From IMG/VR virus record IMGVR_UViG_3300033892_000029: a DNA stretch of 34,310 nucleotides. The stretch is one strand, 5' to 3'. The notes under the pieces were generated by a model, which was not told the origin of the DNA, did no database searches, and was given only the letters and a program-made list of their open reading frames with translations. This document shows, one piece after another, positions 1-4,615 of the stretch. Position 1 is the first letter of the stretch. The number at the start of each line of letters is the position of its first letter. The position numbers and the translations under genes are program-made. This stretch comes from a virus.

Positions 1-127
1 TCGACATTTTCCGCTCGGATGACTTCGCGAGGGTCAAGATGCTCACGATCTTCAATCCAGTGCGCCGGCACGCGCACGCCATGCCAGTGGTAAAGCGACC
101 AACCGTCGCGCCAGCGATGCGAGGGTC
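1..127. repeat. Terminal direct repeat, left copy (identical to 34184-34310); most likely the overlap left by circular assembly
   Basis: Read directly: bases 1-127 (tcgacattttccgctcgg...ccagcgatgcgagggtc) recur exactly as the last 127 bases. A minus-strand reading frame runs straight through the repeat. Confidence 0.95.
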
Positions 128-1316
128 CCGCTTCACTGTGAGGGCGGTTTTGCTCGTCCACTTTCAGGATCTCTGGGAAATCGCACACCATGCAGAATTC
201 CTCGTGCGTCCACCGGAATCCTCCGTGGATGGCAGCCTGCTCCCAGGACGCATAAGCCTCATGAGGCGGCAAGCGCAGCCCGAGAATGTCTCTGGCCGCC
301 GAAAGATAGCAATCCCAAGCGGCCCACATGTTGCCGCCTTGGCAGGGGTTCGCCCAGCGCGAAATGCACTGGCACATGAGAGGGGCGAGTTCAGGGCCGC
401 CAAGTTCAACGGCTAAAGGATAGACCCAAGCATAGGCGACCGTGGCGTCGTACGTGGCGGCGCGCGTGGCGGCGCGCGTGGCGGCGCGCGTGGCGGCGCG
501 CGTGGCGGCGATCGTGGCGGCGATCGTGGCGGCGTTCGTGGCGGCGATCGTGGCGTCGCGCGTGGCGGCGCGCGTGGCGGCGCGCGTGGCGGCGATCGTG
601 GCGGCGATCGTGGCGGCGATCGTGGCGGCGTTCGTGGCGGCGATCGTGGCGGCGTCCGTGGCGGCGTTCGTGGCGGCGTCCGTGGCGTCGCGCGTGGCGG
701 CGATCGTGGCGTCGCGCGTGGCGGCGATCGTGGCGTCGCGCGTGGCGTCGCGCGTGGCGGCGATCGTGGCGGCGATCGTGGCGGCGTTCGTGTCGGCGAT
801 CGTGGCGGCGATCGTGGCGGCGATCGTGGCGGCGCGCGTGGCGGCGTCCGTGGCGGCGTCCGTGGCGTCGTACGTGGCGTCGCGCGTGGCGGCGTACGTG
901 GCGTCGTCCGTGGCGGCGTCCGTGGCGGCGTCCGTGGCGGCGGCCGTGGCGGCGGCCGTGGCGGCGGCCGTGGCGGCGGCCGTGGCGGCGTCCGTGGCGG
1001 CGGCCGTGGCGGCGTCCGTGGCGGCGCGCGAAGGGGGCGCCTGTGGGTGCTTGCGCGCATGCCAAATGGCTGCGGCAAAGCCGCCGGCTATCGCCATGAC
1101 CAAGGGACTGGGTACGATAACGACACGCGGTTCTTTCAGTTTGGCCGCGCGATACATGCCGTGGATCGCGGACGTGATCTTGTCCGGTTCGATGGGATCG
1201 GTGCGGAAGGCACGCGCCGTCCATTGTTTGACGTGCTCGGCCATCGCGGCGCGCTCGGCCTCCGTCAGGCCACCGCCGGCGAAATCGGGACGACGGATGA
1301 TCTTTTCCTGCTTCAT
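1..1316 (-). CDS. N-terminal 1316 nt of a gene that wraps across the window ends: DUF6745-like protein with an internal 49-unit X-A-A-T repeat. It continues at 34183 and stops at 33883 (538 aa on the circle).
   Basis: Absent from the ORF track because the frame runs off the left edge. Hand translation, in the frame of ORF 33883..34260, finds ATG at 1316 with AAGGGGAG at 1325-1332. The product reads MKQEKIIRRPDFAGGGLTEAERAAMAEHVKQWTARAFRTDPIEPDKITSAIHGMYRAAKLKEPRVVIVPSPLVMAIAGGFAAAIWHARKHPQAPPS-(XAAT)x49-VAYAWVYPLAVELGGPELAPLMCQCISRWANPCQGGNMWAAWDCYLSAARDILGL... There is no stop between 1316 and 1. The DUF6745 assignment is from memory of that family's pattern and is unverified. Confidence 0.8.
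   Translation of the reverse strand, partial: MKQEKIIRRPDFAGGGLTEAERAAMAEHVKQWTARAFRTDPIEPDKITSAIHGMYRAAKLKEPRVVIVPSPLVMAIAGGFAAAIWHARKHPQAPPSRAATDAATAAATDAATAAATAAATAAATAAATDAATDAATDDATYAATRDATYDATDAATDAATRAATIAATIAATIADTNAATIAATIAATRDATRDATIAATRDATIAATRDATDAATNAATDAATIAATNAATIAATIAATIAATRAATRAATRDATIAATNAATIAATIAATRAATRAATRAATRAATYDATVAYAWVYPLAVELGGPELAPLMCQCISRWANPCQGGNMWAAWDCYLSAARDILGLRLPPHEAYASWEQAAIHGGFRWTHEEFCMVCDFPEILKVDEQNRPHSEAGPSHRWRDGWSLYHWHGVRVPAHWIEDREHLDPREVIRAENV
442..1029. repeat. Perfect-period 12-bp tandem array, 49 units, plus-strand consensus GTGGCG(G/T)CGNNC
   Basis: Counted from the sequence and from the VAxx periodicity of plus ORF 442..1344. Variation is confined to unit position 7 (G/T) and positions 10-11 (CG, AT, TT, TC, TA, GC), with one unit reading GTGTCGGCGATC. 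All three minus frames and one plus frame stay open across the array. Confidence 0.97.
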
Positions 1317-1350
1317 GCTGGGTACTCCCCTTGGTGGTGGATAAAGGATG

Positions 1351-1629
1351 TCAGGCAATGCGCTGGACGCGAACACAGGGAGCGCCATCTTCGGCGCGCA
1401 CCATGCGCTGGACGCGGTACGTATGGCCCAGGCGCCGCGCTTGTTGGCTTGCGCGTACACGCACGGCATGATCCAGTTCGCGCGGCACATCGAAGTAATG
1501 ACCGATGTCCATGGCGCGAAACGGGTACTTCTCGCGCGGCTCTTCGGGCGGCACCGGCTTCTTGTGCAACGTGAAGAAGGGAGCGGATGCGCGAGGGCGC
1601 TTGCGGGCGTTGACAGGTATGTTTTTCAT
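1351..1629 (-). CDS. Hypothetical small protein (92 aa)
   Basis: ORF track. Protein-like composition (MKNIPVNARKRPRASAPFFTLHKKPVPPEEPREKYPFRAMDIGHYFDVPRELDHAV...). Its start overlaps the upstream stop by 4 nt (1626-1629), so it sits in a tightly coupled operon. Confidence 0.7.
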   Translation of the reverse strand: MKNIPVNARKRPRASAPFFTLHKKPVPPEEPREKYPFRAMDIGHYFDVPRELDHAVRVRASQQARRLGHTYRVQRMVRAEDGAPCVRVQRIA

Positions 1630-1895
1630 GACAATGGATGATACCTTGATACATCGGGATAGTCAAGGGTGGAACGTTCATGACGCAAGCCGTACACCCA
1701 AGGCGCGCGGCCCTTGCCACGACGCACGTACGCCACGATCTGCACCACGTGTTGCGCCAGCAGCGTCCGCAGGGCTTTTTCGATGGCGCTCTCGCTGACG
1801 CCCACGCAAAGCGCCAAATCTCTTTTTGTCATTGGCTGCAGGCGCAGGACTTGCAGCAGGCGATGGCGCGCCGGTACGGGTGAGCGCGGGTTCAT
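1626..1895 (-). CDS. Putative winged-helix DNA-binding protein (89 aa)
   Basis: Internal ATG at 1895 within ORF 1626..1976, forming an ATGA overlap with the upstream small ORF. MNPRSPVPARHRLLQVLRLQPMTKRDLALCVGVSESAIEKALRTLLAQHVVQIVAYVRRGKGRAPWVY has a MarR/ArsR-like HTH-plus-wing pattern. The function is an inference. Confidence 0.6.
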   Translation of the reverse strand: MNPRSPVPARHRLLQVLRLQPMTKRDLALCVGVSESAIEKALRTLLAQHVVQIVAYVRRGKGRAPWVYGLRHERSTLDYPDVSRYHPLS

Positions 1896-2035
1896 GGCGC
1901 CATCGACAGGGCGGCAATGGCGCAGGCCAAGCCACCGATGGCGCCGACCATGAGCCCATAACCGAAGATGGCCCACAGGTCGCTGATAGCTACAAAGACC
2001 CGGCGGTTGAGGTAGTGCGAGAGGCGGCGGTTCAT
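1892..2035 (-). CDS. Small hydrophobic protein (47 aa)
   Basis: Hand translation (below the ORF-track size cut-off): MNRRLSHYLNRRVFVAISDLWAIFGYGLMVGAIGGLACAIAALSMAP. ATGA overlaps at both ends (2032-2035 and 1892-1895). One clear hydrophobic span and G/C-rich third codon positions. Confidence 0.55.
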   Translation of the reverse strand: MNRRLSHYLNRRVFVAISDLWAIFGYGLMVGAIGGLACAIAALSMAP

Positions 2036-2436
2036 GCGAGGCGCTCTTGGATTTGCTGGCGGCGGTATTCGGCGACCATCAGGTCGAGGAATTCCAGGGC
2101 GTGACGGGCGCGCAGCTGGGCGGTCGCCGCGACCACGACCGACTCCGGCGCCTGTACCGGTCCGTGCAGGGTATTCGGATAGACCTCGGCCAGGTCGAGT
2201 TGGTAGCCATCCGGCACGGCCTCCAAGAGCCGCTGGCGCAGACTGCGCGTGGCGCGCTGCTGTTGTTCCAGCGCTTCGCGCAGCGCCTCGATGTGCTGCT
2301 CCAGCGCCTGGATGCGCAGGCGCGCGGCGTCCAGCGTCGGCTGGGAGACGTCCTTGATCACCTGCACGCGTCCGGCCAGGGGCTGGAGCGAATCCAGCAC
2401 CTGGGCGATCAGCGGATCGACATGGGCGTTACTCAT
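2032..2436 (-). CDS. Hypothetical coiled-coil protein (134 aa)
   Basis: ORF track. Heptad-like Leu/Gln/Glu-rich middle (LDAARLRIQALEQHIEALREALEQQQRATRSLRQRLLEAV). Confidence 0.7.
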   Translation of the reverse strand: MSNAHVDPLIAQVLDSLQPLAGRVQVIKDVSQPTLDAARLRIQALEQHIEALREALEQQQRATRSLRQRLLEAVPDGYQLDLAEVYPNTLHGPVQAPESVVVAATAQLRARHALEFLDLMVAEYRRQQIQERLA

Positions 2437-2578
2437 GACCGACTCCGACAGTGAAGAGGTCGAGCAGGCGATGCCACCAGGGGCGGCGTGGGCGTGGGCG
2501 CGGTAGGCAGCAGCGCACGTGCTCGCGTGGGTTGCGATGATGGAAGGGATGGCGGTTGCGCAGGTCTTGGCGGTTCAT
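2429..2578 (-). CDS. Possible small His/Arg/Pro-rich protein (49 aa)
   Basis: Hand translation: MNRQDLRNRHPFHHRNPREHVRCCLPRPRPRRPWWHRLLDLFTVGVGHE. It fills the gap between neighbouring genes, overlaps the next start by 8 nt and has G/C-rich third positions. The composition is odd, so confidence is low. Confidence 0.35.
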   Translation of the reverse strand: MNRQDLRNRHPFHHRNPREHVRCCLPRPRPRRPWWHRLLDLFTVGVGHE

Positions 2579-2581
2579 CGC

Positions 2582-2830
2582 TCACGCCTCCCGCAACGGC
2601 TTGAACTCGGCGACCGCGGCCCAGTAGGCGTTGGGCATCTCGCCGCTACACACGACGGTGTAGCCGTGCTGGCGCAACCACACTTCCCCGATATCGAACG
2701 GGTTGGCGTAGTCGTAGTCATACGGGAGGATTACCGCATCCCGCTCGAAACGTTGCGACGTGAGCTTGACGCGCGCGCCGCGCGACATGGTTGGGCCAAG
2801 GAAAGCGATCTTGATCAGGTGAGCGTTCAT
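2582..2830 (-). CDS. Hypothetical protein (82 aa), first CDS of the leftward operon
   Basis: ATG at 2830 inside ORF 2582..2959, preceded by AAGGGG. MNAHLIKIAFLGPTMSRGARVKLTSQRFERDAVILPYDYDYANPFDIGEVWLRQHGYTVVCSGEMPNAYWAAVAEFKPLREA. The upstream part of the listed ORF is the tRNA-like element read as protein. Confidence 0.7.
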   Translation of the reverse strand: MNAHLIKIAFLGPTMSRGARVKLTSQRFERDAVILPYDYDYANPFDIGEVWLRQHGYTVVCSGEMPNAYWAAVAEFKPLREA

Positions 2831-2852
2831 GGGGTGCCCCTTGTGAGATGGA

Positions 2853-2923
2853 TGGCGCCGGGAGCGGGAGTCGAACCCGCTGTCAGAACCTATGTTCAGG
2901 TAGGACCGCCCTACTTCCCCGAC
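2853..2923 (-). tRNA. tRNA-like element (71 nt with encoded CCA) with a truncated anticodon arm; not an ordinary tRNA by my folding
   Basis: The minus strand reads GTCGGGG-AA-GTAG-GGCGGTC-CTAC-CTGAACATAGGTTCTGACA-GCGGG-TTCGACT-CCCGC-TCCCGGC-G-CCA. It has a 7-bp acceptor stem (two G-U pairs), a 4-bp D stem, a canonical T arm with TTCGAnT loop, a discriminator base and CCA. Only 19 nt lie between the D and T arms where about 22-23 are needed. The only pairing there is GAAC/GTTC around a 4-nt loop, so there is no 7-nt anticodon loop. Confidence 0.5.
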
Positions 2924-2931
2924 GTGTTGCC

Positions 2932-2959
2932 AATCTATCACGTCTGACACGTATGTCAA
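2932..2959 (-). promoter_or_regulatory. Sigma-70-type promoter for the leftward operon
   Basis: The minus strand reads TTGACA (2959-2954), a 16-nt spacer, then TAGATT (2937-2932). The predicted start is about 7 nt downstream, 1-2 nt before the 5' end of the tRNA-like element at 2923. Confidence 0.5.
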
Positions 2960-3075
2960 GCATTATTTCCCTTCCATCCGTGGCCTTTCCCCTTGTTTCG
3001 TCCATCGATTCAGCATTCGTTCACCCGATTGCCGCCAAGCGCTTCCTCTATTGCTCCATCCATGGCTTGAGCTAA

Positions 3076-3095
3076 GGATGAATCCTTTCTATGCA
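3076..3095. repeat. 20-bp direct repeat, copy A (GGATGAATCCTTTCTATGCA)
   Basis: 17/20 identical to 3301-3320. Each copy has a CCATGG close to its left side. Confidence 0.7.
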
Positions 3096-3300
3096 TGGAC
3101 CATCAATGACTTAGCAAGGTTACCGTGTGTGTGTAGCAGCAGTAGGGTAGTGAGTTCTAACACTGTAACTCCTGATCCATCTTCTTCCATATCATAGTTA
3201 AATCATCACTCGCATAAGCTGTAACATTTGACTAATCCATAGATATAGCTTAAGAAGCGACAGCGGCTGTAGCATGAGTTCAAGCACAGGATGTAGCCAT

Positions 3301-3320
3301 GGATGGATCTTTTCTGTGCA
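3301..3320. repeat. 20-bp direct repeat, copy B (GGATGGATCTTTTCTGTGCA)
   Basis: 17/20 identical to 3076-3095, 225 bp away. The two copies bracket the AT-rich island. Confidence 0.7.
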
Positions 3321-3592
3321 GGAGGACAGCTCAGGCGGGAAGAGGCTGGAACGCGCTGTGAGCGTCTGTGCGGCGTTTCCAGCGTGGGGTCGGTAGGGTG
3401 GTAGCGGCCCCCTCCCTGGCTGGCGCTCTGGATCGATCCTGATCGGTTCCAGCCCCCTCCGATCCCTCCCTTCCGACTCCCGACCCGGCGCTTTGGGCTT
3501 TTCGCTCGATCAACAGAGAGGCTCCACCCTCCCCCACCCCAGGAAAAAATTCGGTGGAGAGGGCTTAATCACCCTCCCCCTTTCTGGCACCC

Positions 3593-3632
3593 CCGTAGCT
3601 AACGAAGCTCCCCATAGGCGTCTTAGCTACGG
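3593..3632. promoter_or_regulatory. Inverted-repeat pair 1: CCGTAGCTAA-20 nt-TTAGCTACGG (candidate operator, pac-type site or RNA hairpin)
   Basis: Perfect 10-bp arms at 3593-3602 and 3623-3632 with an exact 20-nt spacer. The right arm extends as TTAGCTACGGACCCC. Confidence 0.6.
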
Positions 3633-3666
3633 ACCCCATGGGCGGGAACAGTGGGTCAAAAACCCT

Positions 3667-3706
3667 CCGTAGCCAACGGATACAAAAATGGACGGCTTAG
3701 CTACGG
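3667..3706. promoter_or_regulatory. Inverted-repeat pair 2: CCGTAGCCAA-20 nt-TTAGCTACGG
   Basis: Arms at 3667-3676 and 3697-3706 (one mismatch), again with an exact 20-nt spacer and the same TTAGCTACGGACCCC extension. Offset from pair 1 is 74 bp. Confidence 0.6.
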
Positions 3707-3813
3707 ACCCCTGGGATGGATCGGTGACCCGGAAATCCCACCCCTTATCGGGCCATGGCTGACGCAGTAAGCTTGACCTGCAGCCGGCCTGTTGCTGGCG
3801 CGGGAGAAGAAAC

Positions 3814-4032
3814 ATGGCACGCAGCAAGGTCGATCAGCCGGTGGTGCGTTTGAGCGTGGGGCAGATGACGCCGGGCAATGTGAAGGAGCGCACGTTCCAT
3901 CCGAACGGGGTGGACGGCTATACCGGTCCCAGCTACAGCAACCGGCGAGGCAACAGCAACGTCCAGGGCACGTCCAAGCCGGTGGCCCGGTTTGGGGTGG
4001 CGACGGGCAACCGCGGCGAGTGGAAGCGGTGA
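3814..4032 (+). CDS. Hypothetical protein (72 aa), first CDS of the rightward block
   Basis: ORF track. GGGAGA lies upstream of the ATG, third codon positions are strongly G/C, and the stop overlaps the next start (GTGA at 4029-4032). Confidence 0.7.
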   Translation: MARSKVDQPVVRLSVGQMTPGNVKERTFHPNGVDGYTGPSYSNRRGNSNVQGTSKPVARFGVATGNRGEWKR

Positions 4033-4289
4033 GCGCAAAGCCTGGCAAGGAAGCCAAGTCGGGGAATGTGAAACGCCTGTTGCTCCCGGTGGAGCGCTGC
4101 AACCAAGAGTGCGTCGCCAAGTTGGAGCAGCTTCTGGCCATGGCGAAGGCCGGGGAAATCGTCAGTGTTCACGGCATCGCCGAATCAGGTGGAACGTACT
4201 TCATCTACTCGACCCGGACGGCATCGCGCACCCAGACTGCGGGCGCGCTGCTGGACGCCGCCATCGAGCGGCTGAAGGACGACGAATGA
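4029..4289 (+). CDS. Hypothetical protein (86 aa)
   Basis: GTG at 4029 in the frame of ORF 3792..4289. VSAKPGKEAKSGNVKRLLLPVERCNQECVAKLEQLLAMAKAGEIVSVHGIAESGGTYFIYSTRTASRTQTAGALLDAAIERLKDDE. The upstream part of the listed ORF looks like an out-of-frame read of the previous gene. Confidence 0.6.
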   Translation: MSAKPGKEAKSGNVKRLLLPVERCNQECVAKLEQLLAMAKAGEIVSVHGIAESGGTYFIYSTRTASRTQTAGALLDAAIERLKDDE

Positions 4290-4615
4290 AAACCGCCGCC
4301 GGTATCCGCGCCTATATCCGCCGTTCCCGGGTGCCGATCGCCGACTGGGCGCGGGCGCTGGGCGTGCACTACACCTCGCTCTACCGCATGGTCTGCGGGG
4401 TGAGCGGGATGCAGGAGGGGCCCTTGATGCGGCGCGCCATGTGGATGGTGCAGGCGCTGGAGGAAGGGCAGGCCCGCTGGGAGCGCAGCACGCTGCCCGA
4501 CGGCCATGGCGCATGGCGCATCCAGGGCCTGGCCTTCACGCCGACCACGATGGTCACCTACCGGGCCAATTTCCTCGGCGGTACGTTCCAGCGCATCGAG
4601 GGCGTCGAAACGTGA
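4286..4615 (+). CDS. HTH-containing small protein (109 aa); small-terminase/DNA-recognition candidate by position
   Basis: ATG at 4286 (ATGA overlap) in the frame of ORF 3992..4615. MKTAAGIRAYIRRSRVPIADWARALGVHYTSLYRMVCGVSG has a helix-turn-helix pattern. It lies immediately upstream of, and is translationally coupled to, the large terminase (GTGA at 4612-4615). The role is inferred from synteny only. Confidence 0.55.
   Translation: MKTAAGIRAYIRRSRVPIADWARALGVHYTSLYRMVCGVSGMQEGPLMRRAMWMVQALEEGQARWERSTLPDGHGAWRIQGLAFTPTTMVTYRANFLGGTFQRIEGVET

Larger units (their letters stand above)
3060..3330. other. AT-rich non-coding island (about 42% GC by hand count over 3061-3300) in the divergent control region
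   Basis: No credible ORF. Flanked by a 20-bp imperfect direct repeat. Contains TGTAGC three times (3132, 3268, 3292) and a weak rightward promoter-like TTGACT(3228)-17-TAAGAA(3251). Confidence 0.7.

Noticed and set aside
1-127. True biological direct terminal repeats
   Set aside because: The length equals a standard assembler k-mer, and the repeat falls in the middle of a gene rather than in a non-coding end region. An assembly overlap of a circular or permuted genome is more likely, but only read-end analysis can settle it.
442-1029. CRISPR array
   Set aside because: The units are contiguous 12-mers with no spacers. There are no cas genes, and the array lies inside a coding frame.
442-1029. 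Diversity-generating retroelement variable region (variable codons are all NNC, as after AAC mutagenesis)
   Set aside because: No reverse transcriptase, template repeat or accessory gene exists anywhere in the 34 kb. NNC codons are in any case expected in a high-GC genome. Slippage or recombination is a simpler explanation.
406-1344. Three long listed ORFs over the repeat array: 406..1224 minus (HGRR repeats), 413..1078 minus (PPRT/PPRS repeats) and 442..1344 plus (VAAR/VAAI repeats)
   Set aside because: They are alternative open frames of the same 12-bp array. Only the third minus frame (XAAT) is continuous with protein-like flanking domains, a good Shine-Dalgarno/ATG at 1316 and the downstream ORF across the junction.
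2853-2923. attP core: 3' part of a host tRNA carried by an integrating phage
   Set aside because: No integrase or excisionase is present. The element also includes a matching 5' acceptor strand and D arm (a near-complete cloverleaf) rather than only the 3' half. Not fully excluded without host sequence.
3331-4141. Minus-strand ORFs 3331..3537, 3627..3827, 3701..4141 and 3745..4038 as genes in the control region
   Set aside because: Low-complexity Gly/Arg/Pro/Ser-rich products with no ribosome-binding sites. They partly lie antisense to well-supported plus-strand genes and overlap the repeat motifs.
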